This document shows positions 25,238-35,539 of a stretch of DNA of 64,000 nucleotides, piece by piece. Each line of letters starts with the position of its first letter. Position 1 is the first letter of the stretch. Source of the DNA: Apostichopus japonicus (Eukaryota); contig NC_092565.1 of the NCBI RefSeq assembly GCF_037975245.1, positions 23,210,063 to 23,274,062 of the forward strand. Direction: 5' to 3'. The notes beneath the pieces are model-generated. The model did no database searches. It was not told the DNA's origin and saw only the letters and a list, made by a program, of their open reading frames with translations. Both the position numbers and the translations under genes were made by a program.

Positions 25238-25918
25238 GTATGTACAGTACTACCCTTGCAGTTAATTATTTCAAATCACACTTTTTCAAAAAACAATTGA
25301 GTCTCCTAATATTCCAGTTACAATGCAGATAAATGAATGGAATGGAAATATCACTTGAACTTAATAAGAACCATGATGGCATTAAATTTCATGCATGAGA
25401 AGAGTTAAGGCAATCTGAGTGAATCTCATAGTATATACCAGAACATATATATAGAGAGGCAACATTTCATCAATATGAAGAATTTCTTTCTCACCAATAA
25501 ATGGAGACCTATTAAAGTAGAATCATGAAGCAAACAAACATACCCTTAACTACCTTTAAGTATTAGGCATTAGTGTTGTATTACTGTAGTTCCACTAAAA
25601 TTAGATCAAAATAATAGTCCTTATATTCTTCATAGAAACAACATAAGGAAGCGGTACATATATCCTCCAATCTAAATTATCTGTATGAAATGATGGAAGT
25701 CTGCAGTTGCACCACAACTGACAGTGAGTATGGGTACCACTGACCTACAACTGTATGTTAGTACAATGCATGCATGTGTGTCGCTCAAAAGTATGCATAA
25801 AAAATCGTGTGTGGAAGTAGTGTTACATATAGGATTTAAAAAAATAGTTGATGAGATTTTCATGTCATGGTCTGTCAATTAAACCCAACTTCTGTTTGTA
25901 TAGGAACAAAGCACACTA

Positions 25919-26481
25919 GTGTCAGTGGCGTAACTCTCATGCTCTCGGGGGGGGGGGGGGGAGGCAAACCTCCAGGCACCCGGGCTAAGGGGCACCCAGG
26001 CCTGGATACCCTTTCAACACGATAATACTTTGTTTGCATGGCTATAATGGCTTAGGAAGAGAAGTAGAAACCTTTACCCACTTTACGCTTTTCACCCTAT
26101 AAATATCAAAACCTTGAAAAAAATCCAGAATTTATAAGCATTATGATATGGTCAGGCCACAATCAGGGCCTATCAGTAGACTAGCAGCGAGTGACGAATC
26201 TTTGAAAGTACAGAAATTGGAAAAGATGAATACATTACTTTTAAGGCTAACTATTTTTACAACTTAACATGATTAGTTCATTAAAACATGAATTAAAATT
26301 GATCTAAAGTTCACAATCATTTGTAAGTTACAATCATTTGTAAGTTACAATCATTTTTAAGTGGCTATATGGCTTTCAAAACCAAAATTAATTTACTGTG
26401 CTGCACCATGCACACCATAGGTCAGAGGCGTCCCAATCCGTCGCTTTTGCACTGGGCACCCCAAACCAACGTTACGCCACT
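25919..26481. mobile_element. Candidate MITE with a 12-bp TIR CAGTGGCGTAAC
   Basis: cagtggcgtaac at 25922-25933 and gttacgccactg at 26470-26481. TGT flanks both ends. CAGTGGCG-type termini plus G-runs recur at 27323 and 44263. Confidence 0.3.
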
Positions 26482-27503
26482 GTGTAGTGGTTAGTAACCA
26501 GCATTTATTCCATTTTAGCACAAAACATACACAAGATTAACCAAATATCATATTTACTCTAATTGCATAGATTTAGCATACAGTCTCCTACTATATGACA
26601 GTCTGTATACAATATTTATGTGAGTGCGCAACTTAATTTAGTGAGGTGCAAATTGACCAATCAGCATTTGCGACACCCACAATAGGATTTCACTCCACAA
26701 AAATCTACACATGAATTAACAAATTGACAAATTAATAGCATTTCTCCATAGCGTTAGATTGTAGTTCAATCAAATAAGTTTTTTGCGGGCTGCAATTAAT
26801 TCACACAAAAAGTTTGTGTTTTCAGAATTAAATTTGATTAGAAAATCTTTGAAACAGTGGCCCCATCAGAGCAAACATGTCCCAACGATTGGTACCTTGA
26901 CACCTGTTTTTACTACAAAGCAAAAACAACAACACACGGAGTGTTTACGTTCAGTCACAGTTGTTAAACAATAACAGGAATTCATGTTCTTGGTAACGAC
27001 ATATGACATGGCAGTTTGTCGCAATCAGGGATGTTCTTGGCCCCTAACTATAGTCACTTTACATGTACCTGATTTGCAAATCAATATTAACATAGTCCTA
27101 ATACATGCACATGGTTTTGTGTTTGTCTTAGCCCAGTGGCACTTCTATTAGATTGAATATGGCATTTGCCACTTTTAAAAAAACATGCATAAAGTTACTG
27201 ATGGACATTTTTTTCAAAGCTAACAAAATAACTAGATTATTGCACTACAGTTGGTATTCTAAGACTGTCATGCCAAAAAGTAAGATATTATATACCGATT
27301 CCCTAGAAACTCTATGGAAAGCAGTGGCGGATCCAGGATTTCTGAAACGAGGGGCCCTCTTAATTTTCGCAAGGGGGTGGGGGGACCCGCTGGTCCTGCC
27401 CTTGGAAAGTTATGCATAGCTTGCCATTTGAGATGCATTATACAGTACATGTAGTTCAAGGAAATTCTGTATTTGTATTAAATTTTCATGTCTTTTTACA
27501 TTA

Positions 27504-27551
27504 GATTCCAAAAAGGCTAAGGAAACTTAGACAATTAAGAAGCTACTCTAA
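27504..27551 (+). CDS. Candidate terminal exon of the acidic-repeat gene (IPKRLRKLRQLRKLL, stop TAA at 27549-27551)
   Basis: Strong polypyrimidine tract and AG (tttcatgtctttttacattag|) at 27483-27503. A phase-0 join from the 51-nt exons gives a short basic tail and then a stop. All three frames hit stops before 27538. Confidence 0.35.
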
Positions 27552-29742
27552 AGATGATGCTGTCGAAAGTGATTTTGTACCATTTGATGAAGAAAGCGAC
27601 ACCTCTTCAGAAGAAGATGCTAACACATCAGATGAAGGCTATGCTGCTGATGAGAATCAACCCAGTACTAGTAATAAGGTATGTGTATTATCAACAGAGT
27701 ACACTGCCCCAGAGGAAAAATCAAAAAGAGCTTGGAACAGACAACACTACTGCATCTACTGTGAGAAAACTGTTCTACAAATAGCACGACATTTCAAAAC
27801 TCATCATTTTGATGAATCATTGGTGATTAAGGCCTTAAATGAACCTAAAAAGTCAAAGGAACGAAATGCCATTTTTGAAGAATTAAGAAAAAAGGGGGAC
27901 CATGCCCACAATATAAAAGTCTTCAAAGAAGGAAAAGGTCAACTTTTGGTGTATAAAAGACCACAAATGGGGCTACTGGATGCAGAGGATTTCATTCCTT
28001 GTCCAGATTGTCACGGATATTTTGCAAAAAGATCTCTCTGGAGACACCAGAAAAATTGCACCTCAGAATCTAAAAATGAAAGTAAACAAACCTTGGGCCT
28101 TCGGAGAGCTGCCAGAGTACTGCTTCCCACAAAGGCAGACTGCAGTTCAAAACTGCAGAACATACTTGCAGGTATGAAGGCTGACAATATTGTATTAACA
28201 ATACGTGCAGATCCTTGGTTATGCAAATTGGGGGAACACTACATCAATGACAGCCCAAATGCACACTACATTGTATCAGATAGGATGAGATCTGTTGCAC
28301 GTCTTCTTCTCGAGACCCAAAAGCTAAATTGTGCCATAAAATCAGCTAAAGATTTAGTAAATCCATGCCATTTTGATAATGTAATTTCAGGTGTGAAGGG
28401 CTGCTGTGGGTTTGACGATGCATCGCAAATGTTTGCCACACCATCATTGGCTAAAAAGCTAGGTCAAAGCTTAAATGTGCTGGCAGATATAAGTATTGCA
28501 GAAGCAATAAAAGCTGCAGATGCTTCACAAGAGAACATGGCCGAGCAATTCTTAAAGCTTAAGAAATTGCAGTGGAACAAGAAAATTGCCACTAAAATCT
28601 ACAAACAGCAAAGCAAACAAAAGTGGCAAAAGCCCCCTAAAATACCACTAACAGCTGATACTGTGAAATTGTATCAACTATTATCATGTAACATAAAAGA
28701 GACAAAAGAAAGTTTGAAAACAGAGGTAACAACATCGCTATGGAGGGAGTTGGCCTCACTAACTCTTACACAACTGATAATGTTTAACAGACGTCGACCT
28801 GGGGAAACCCAGAATCTTAAACTGGAAGATTACAAACAACAAACAGGGCAAAAAAAAGACTTTCAAGATGAGATATATGATTCACTTCCAGTAGCACAAA
28901 AAATTGCCTCAAAAAGGCTAAGCCTAATAATGACAAGGGGTAAGCGAGACCGCGGTGTTCCAGTAATGCTAACCCCCAACATGAAAGATTCAATAGAAAT
29001 ACTGAACAACACTAGGGAACTTGCTGGTGTTGATCCCCAAAACCCTTACATCTTTGCATGCCCATCAGGGGAGTCTCTACAGCCTCTTCGTGGATATGAT
29101 TGCCTGCATAAATATGCACAACAGTGTGGGGCTCAAAATCCTGAACGCCTTACAGCCACAAATATGAGGAAGCATCTTGCTACATTGTCACAAATTTTGA
29201 ATCTTTCAGAATCAGAATTAGAACAACTGGCTAATCACTTGGGGCATAATATCAGTGTTCACAAAGAATACTACCGCCTTCCACAAGATGTGATATTTCT
29301 TGCGAAAGTCAGCAAACTGTTACTTACTGCTGAAAAGGGCCATATTCATAAGTATCAAGGAAAAGCTTTGGCAGATTTTGAAATAGATAATAAAGAACTC
29401 TTGTCAGATAGAGAAATGTCTGATGAGAATGAAAGTGAGATAGATGAAGTTGAAACTCAAGAAATACCTGATAGCCAGGCTCATACAACTGTCAATACAA
29501 AATACAAAAAGAGAGTAATATCCTCAAGAACAAAATGGAGTAAACATGAAGAAACGGCTGTCATGAATGACCCACAGCTTAAGAAAGCCATCAAAACCAT
29601 GCATCCTCCTGCATACAAAGCATGTCATGATGCAAGAGAAAACAATGCCTGTTTGCAAAATAGGTCAATTACACAAATCAAATCCAAAGTTTGGAACATT
29701 ATACAGAAAAAATCTAAAGCACAGTTACAAAAGGAGCATTAG
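27538..29742 (+). CDS. Crypton-like tyrosine recombinase ORF (734 codons, stop-to-stop). Domains in order: acidic N-terminal stretch, two C2H2/C2HC-like zinc fingers, YR N-terminal and catalytic domains, and a C-terminal Myb/SANT-like tail.
   Basis: Uninterrupted frame from 27538 to TAG at 29740-29742. Zinc finger 1 is HYCIYCEKTVLQIARHFKTHH; zinc finger 2 is CPDCHGYFAKRSLWRHQKNC. YR box I is LIMFNRRRPGETQNLKLEDY. A beta-hairpin Lys in IMTRGKRDRGVPV. Box II is NMRKHLATL...LANHLGHNISVHKEYYRL (His and Tyr nucleophile). C-terminal tail RTKWSKHEETAVMNDP...RSITQIKSKVWNII. The first in-frame ATG is at ~27966, after zinc finger 1, so the true 5' end is probably an upstream or spliced exon. Confidence 0.7.
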   Translation, partial: RSYSKDDAVESDFVPFDEESDTSSEEDANTSDEGYAADENQPSTSNKVCVLSTEYTAPEEKSKRAWNRQHYCIYCEKTVLQIARHFKTHHFDESLVIKALNEPKKSKERNAIFEELRKKGDHAHNIKVFKEGKGQLLVYKRPQMGLLDAEDFIPCPDCHGYFAKRSLWRHQKNCTSESKNESKQTLGLRRAARVLLPTKADCSSKLQNILAGMKADNIVLTIRADPWLCKLGEHYINDSPNAHYIVSDRMRSVARLLLETQKLNCAIKSAKDLVNPCHFDNVISGVKGCCGFDDASQMFATPSLAKKLGQSLNVLADISIAEAIKAADASQENMAEQFLKLKKLQWNKKIATKIYKQQSKQKWQKPPKIPLTADTVKLYQLLSCNIKETKESLKTEVTTSLWRELASLTLTQLIMFNRRRPGETQNLKLEDYKQQTGQKKDFQDEIYDSLPVAQKIASKRLSLIMTRGKRDRGVPVMLTPNMKDSIEILNNTRELAGVDPQNPYIFACPSGESLQPLRGYDCLHKYAQQCGAQNPERLTATNMRKHLATLSQILNLSESELEQLANHLGHNISVHKEYYRLPQDVIFLAKVSKLLLTAEKGHIHKYQGKALADFEIDNKELLSDREMSDENESEIDEVETQEIPDSQAHTTVNTKYKKRVISSRTKWSKHEETAVMNDPQLKKAIKTMHPPAYKACHDARENNACLQNRSITQIKSKVWNIIQKKSKAQLQKEH

Positions 29743-30869
29743 GACCTTTACACTTAACCAGTTTCCAGGGTTGTATTCTTCTTTGTCCAAGTGTGATCTC
29801 AGACAAGTCATTTTGAGAGAAAAAAGTAAACTGACATTGTATTCCCTATTTGAATCTAAATTGTGATAAAGAATGGTCTGTTCTAGATAACATCTTAATC
29901 TCAAATTCAATGCCTGGATTCTGGATTATATACACACCATCTCTTCCATTTAAATAGCCTGTGTTGTACATTTGTTAGTGATATATAACCAAGAGGTATA
30001 TTTTCATGTGAGCTACTGTACAGTAGTGTAGTAAATAATAGCTGAGCAAAATGTGCAACAAATAATGAGACATATATATAGCTTCAAGATTACCATGTTG
30101 TATTCTATATCACAGTATGGTACAAATGGGATAAATTAGCATGTTGAAAACACTACAAATTCGCAACAATATAATGCTTCTTACTGATTTGCCATTGTAA
30201 TAGTTGATGATACTGGAAAATGTGAACAAACATTTACTCATTACTGCCAGCGAATTTATTCAGAAAAATCTTCACACTCCAATATTAAGGATATCACACA
30301 CCCTTGCATATTGCCTAATTATAACATCATGATGCATGGTTGCACCAAGTGAGCTTTCATGCATTAATTGGGAGCTACAGTATTCAATACAGTTTGCACT
30401 TATTTGTAAGGAGTCTGATGTCAATACTGGAAATGCTTGGAGGAATCAAACATTTAATGCTGCATGATTGCATAACCAAGGATCTGCATTGTTATACTAG
30501 TACAATATTGGCAGCCGGCCTATACAAATACAATTTATATAAAAAAGTATAAAAAAAGGAATGAAAACCTGTCAGAAATACTTCCAGCCATTAATGACAT
30601 GATAATAAGATTTTATTCTGAAATATAAGATACAACATTATTTTTAATTAGTGTCTGATAATCAAAAATTTAATTCTAGCAATACTGATCGATCCCGAAC
30701 TGATCTTTTTCGGTTTCATGGGTTGGATCACATTTGGACAGGATGTCCACTTGCAGTTGGAGATATGTATGTGTGGAAAAGAGGGGTGGGAATGCGGAGT
30801 AGAGAGATGCCTCACTAACATACCATATGATGATGAAACAACATATTTTTGATCAATTTGCCTTTTTAT

Positions 30870-31400
30870 TGTTTTTTTGGTTCAATTTATATGAACTTAT
30901 ATGCAGTATTGACATTTACTTTCATACATGTACATGTACTCTATTATGCCACATACAGTACACCAGAAAAGTACTGTAAGGAGGAGGTCGACCATGACCT
31001 CTGAATCTGTCCTAGCAGCTAACTTTACCAGTGAAATAGCATTGCAACAAGGAATTTGAACCGTTGACAGTTTTATTAATAATTATACAATCTACATTTT
31101 CACTCAAAATTGTACATATATTCATGGATTGAAACACTACAATTAACAATGAAATTCAATATTTGTAAATGTGTTTGTATGCATATACTGTAGATTTGTA
31201 CATTTTCAATAAAAAGTCCTTTTACCATGCTGTCAATATTAATTCGAACAACCAAGATAGCATTCACATAACAATATTTGTATGTTTAAACTTCAACAGT
31301 TAAAGTTAAACAGTTGATTACATTTTTATAGTTAATCACACATTATTATTCTACTTGTTAAATGAATTCAAATTGTGTATTCTGTTCTTTTTATAGATGT
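30870..31400. repeat. Dispersed or segmental duplicate, copy A (~75% identical to 32260-32930)
   Basis: Shared blocks: ttcaatttatatgaactt.tatgcagtattg.catttact; cacagtacaccagaaaagtactgt; gcagctaact. Both copies end in acceptor-like ttttatag / gttccag. Confidence 0.5.
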
Positions 31401-32259
31401 TTCTCATTCTTTCTCTGTTTACACATTATTGAAAATACCAAATTTAAGTACTGAAATGAGTGCTGAATATCACAAATGTGAGTGCAATGTTTTTTAAGTC
31501 ATGTAGATTTTGTAATGTTAGTTTTGTGCAAACTCTTGGAAAAAGTAATTTCTATGTCCCACAATATGATTAGGCAAGCAATATTAAATTTTGAATTACT
31601 TCAGTGCATCAATGTTGGATACATATTTTAAAGTCAATGCATGTGTATTTTATGCATTAGTAAATTAGTTAATTTCATGAAAAGGCAATATGCTACTCAA
31701 TATATTTACTGTATAATTTCATTAACATTTTAATTGACTTTTCTACTGATTCTGGAAAAAATGAAGCCCAGACATCCATGGTAATAATTGAGAATGTACT
31801 ACAGATGAAGTCTTGCCAAGGGGGTGGATCCAGAAGTTTATTTTGGGGTCCCCCATCCATAGTTTAATTTAGCAGTGCCAGGTTTAACAGGGATGCAATT
31901 AAATTAGAATCCTGCATTTAAATACTGAAACATTACTTTAATGTGATAAAATTCAATGCTTAATGATTTATATATGTTAATTGTGTGCCACACTTCGAAA
32001 AAGAATAATTCAATATTTTACAATATTACTGGAAATGTGGCAAAGTCAATATAAAATTTGAGTCTTGCATTTCATTATGTACAAAGTTTGAACTCATTCA
32101 GTCATGTAAATATCATTTCAGCATTGATGATATACTTTATGATAGTGCAAATTTAAGATTTGTTTGAATGTAGTAGTACTTAATTCATTTTGTTGGGTAG
32201 AAATGGCTTATTAACTTGAGGGTATATAGATCCAGTGAGGAGCATTTTTTATCAATTTT

Positions 32260-32930
32260 TTTATTGCTTCTTAGTGTCAATTTATATGAACTTTATGCAG
32301 TATTGCCATTTACTGGCATTTCATACCCCATTACACAGTACACCAGAAAAGTACTGTGAAGATCAGCTCAACCATGCTCTCTGGATCTGCCCTTGCAGCT
32401 AACTACCACTGAACTGTAACCATGATTGAACCATTGACTGTTGTATCACACATATTACATTTTATTGAAATTTAATAACTGTAACATCTGCTTTTTTTAC
32501 TTAATTTGTACATATATATTCATGCATTTAAGCACTAAAATTAACAATTAAATGTTTTGAATTTATGTAGATTCAATGAAATTCTTCAATTTATATTACA
32601 TTTGTACATATATATTCATGCATTTAAGCAATAAAATTAACAACTAAATGTTTTGAATTTATGTAGATTCAATGAAATTCATCAATTTATATTACATTTT
32701 CAATAAAAAATGTCCAGTGACAGTACATCTTGTTGTCAATATTAATTCTAACAATCAAAATTGTACCACTCACTTGAACAATATTTGTATTTTTATACTT
32801 TGTTTAACAGTTGAGTTATTTTAGTTAATTAATCCTTTCAGGTTGACATTGTATTATTCTGCTTGTTATTAAAATTTTAAATTGTAAATTAACAATGAAA
32901 AAATGTGTTCTTTTCATTTCTGTTCCAGTG
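32260..32930. repeat. Dispersed or segmental duplicate, copy B, with an internal ~85-bp tandem duplication at 32500-32680
   Basis: See copy A. ttgtacatatatattcatgcatttaagca.taaaattaacaa.taaatgttttgaatttatgtagattcaatgaaattc occurs twice. Confidence 0.5.
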
Positions 32931-33488
32931 TATAAAAATGGTGTTAAGGTCAACTATGAACTAGTGCTGGCCTCAATCAGCTGTTGGCTGAGATGATGGG
33001 ATATAGCCACCATCCCAAATCTGGGTTGTTCACCTTGCATCTAAGATATTACCTAGTTGGAATTGAAACAAATCCAACTTTTGGCTATCAGCTAGGAAAA
33101 TGCTAGTGGGATGATTTCATTTGGTATATTTTATTGAGCATTGTTTTATTCAAATCAATTGCAATGGTGTTATTAAGGGATATATTGTCTAGCACATTTG
33201 TGGTTGTATTGTCATCATTGCCACTTAGTCTACAATGTTAATAGGATTACTACGATACTTTGTATGAAATTTGTTTGAAATTATAGCATTAAACATTACA
33301 ACATGATTAGAAGCTGTGCTGTAATTTAGAATCTATACTCGAAAATGGCACTAATTGACTTACTTTCAGCATGGCCAATGTTTTTTCACATCAACCACAC
33401 CGATATAGAGTTAGGCAAGGGTGGATACAGGGGGGGGGGGGCAACTGGGGGCAATTGCCACTCCTTCACGATTTTGGGTTCAGACACT

Positions 33489-33618
33489 TGGACACTCGGG
33501 ACCTAGAAATGGACAGTCTGGACTTAGAAATGGACAGTCTGGACCTGAAATTGGACGCTCGGGACCTAATAGTAGACAGTCGGGACCTAATGAATAATGG
33601 ACAGTCTGGACTTGATAG
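33489..33618. repeat. Minisatellite, ~6 units of 21-24 bp (ggacagtctggacctagaaat-like)
   Basis: Direct reading. It produces the periodic LDTRDLEMDSLDLEMDSLDL ORF artefact. Confidence 0.8.
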
Positions 33619-33778
33619 CTTATTCCTCCTGTCTCAGAAACGGACCCCTAGGTAAAACTTTAAAGTGCCCTCATTACAGGAGTAAACGACTTGAAACAAG
33701 TTTAAGATCATCACTTGATAGTACGCATCGAGTTACATCACGACACCAATTTATGTCCCGAAAACTATGTCGAATATG

Positions 33779-33808
33779 CTAACCCTAAGCTAACCCTAGC
33801 TAACCCAC
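33779..33808. repeat. Short interstitial telomere-like tract (CCCTAA-like x3, imperfect)
   Basis: ctaaccctaagctaaccctagctaaccc sits immediately 5' of repeat X copy 2. Confidence 0.4.
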
Positions 33809-35300
33809 ATTTAACGTAAACACGTAATGAATGTTATGATAACGTACCCGTTACTCCTCAAATCTCTCCATGTCGAGACGTGTCAATTTCGTAGTGTAGT
33901 ACAGTAGAAGTATCCAACTTCCTATTGAAACCACCTAGCGCATAGCCACGACTAGGCTATCAGGTGCTACAAAATGCAACTGTGCTTAAAATGTCGGAAC
34001 ATCGAACATTATTCATGAAGCGCATACTGTATGCTCGGAGCGCTTGTACCTTCGCTGGGGTTTTATCCTACCCCTTTTCCAACTTACTAACGCGTTTGTC
34101 TTGGTAATTCACCCAAAAAGTAGAGAGAGAGGCTTATTCCATGGGATCGCTCACGTAGTCGACAGCTCGTTGCAGCAAACGTTGAGCTTACACGTGTCAA
34201 TCCAGGTGACTGCTCGCCCCCCCCCCCCCCTCTCATAACAAATATACAGCGCGGGTATATCTTCTTGGCAGTTTGCCAAGGTACTAAAAAGGGCTTCGTT
34301 TTCCTGGCACTTTGCCAAGTTTCGAGAACGTTCTCTTCCTGGCAGTTTGCCAAGGTACTACGAGACTGTACTAGAATCGCTTCAGTTTTGCGCATTTTGA
34401 CATGCTCTAGAGGGGGTTCCACAAGCGTTTTAAACAACAAAACACAAGTAAGGTTTCAAACCTAGACATATGGCGATGAATTATAATGAGAGAGAAGTAT
34501 AATTAGCGAGGAGAATATGACCCATGAATGCCCAGGAAATCTATGTCATGTCCTGGTTTCTGCTGGTACTCGTTAAACACACATTTGGGATGTGTAGTGA
34601 TAAATGGTGTAGCGATTGCAGTGTCTTTCCGCAATTGATTCGAACCTGTCGTTGCAGCTCAAGCTGCTAGTTCCGGGGGGCAACACTCCCCTGATGAAAG
34701 AGACTTTTCCCCCTCTTGGAAGCGGGATTAACTTTGAGGCTGGGGATACGTATATCTCCGTTTGCCGTGGGAACCTCGCTCGGGCCGGCTTTCTTTTCGG
34801 ATTGGGCGTTTGCCCTTACTACCCCGTTCTGGGGGCCCAGCAGTTGTTGATCTCATCGGTTCCCGGCTCCGGGACCGGCTCCTGGGATCCGGAGTGGAAC
34901 CTCGGTTCCGCACTCCCTGTGAGGGCTCGCCGGACCCGTGGTCTCGTCGGACCCGGGCCCCCGGAGCCCATCTCGGTGTGCGTACCTAGCCGGGTACCAC
35001 TCCCCTCGACCTGGACATTCTGTCCGTTCCGGTCGGAATTTCAAATGGGCTATTTATTGGCCTTGAGCCTTGCCCTTGCCTTCACCCTTGGTCATAGAAT
35101 CCGGACGGTGCCGGGACCTTGGGGGCAATATCTCTTTCTCCTCTCTCTCTCTCCTCCGGCCTCTCTCGCCGGACTCGGGCTCCCGGAGCCTATCTTCCTC
35201 AAAATAACCCCCCTATCATCCCAGGGAGGGATCGCTGGACCTCCCATCTACCACAACGTTTTAAGTTTTACCTCTTAAAGTGCCCCCAGTCAACAGGAGG
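33805..35300. repeat. Repeat X, copy 2. Its 3' end grades into the satellite array.
   Basis: See copy 1. Its end (35196-35250, ctcaaaataacccccctatcatcccagggagggatcgc) matches the first ~40 bp of the satellite monomer. Confidence 0.6.
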
Positions 35301-35539
35301 GGGTTTCAAGAAGACGTATTTTTTCACAGTTTTCAAAACAAAAACACCTATTTTCCCATAAATAGAATTCATAATGATAAATAACCTTTCCTGATAAGAA
35401 AATTACACGGTCTTGGTAGCTAACGCAAGCTGATAGTCTCTGCTACTTACCCTGAAATGGTGTTGTCGCTGAAATCCCATGTGTGGGCGTGAGGAGGGTC
35501 CAAGAGAGGTCCAAAAGCGAGATTCCTCCTTATACTCTC

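Noticed and set aside
27820-27822. TTG start of the ORF-track entry for the 640-aa ORF
   Set aside because: The frame is open a further 94 codons upstream through zinc finger 1, which would be truncated by a 27820 start. A eukaryotic nuclear gene is unlikely to use TTG as initiator. I extended the CDS to 27538 and flagged the missing ATG.
33779-33808. Telomeric repeat
   Set aside because: Only ~3 imperfect CCCTAA units. Too short to call an interstitial telomeric array, so noted only as a short tract.
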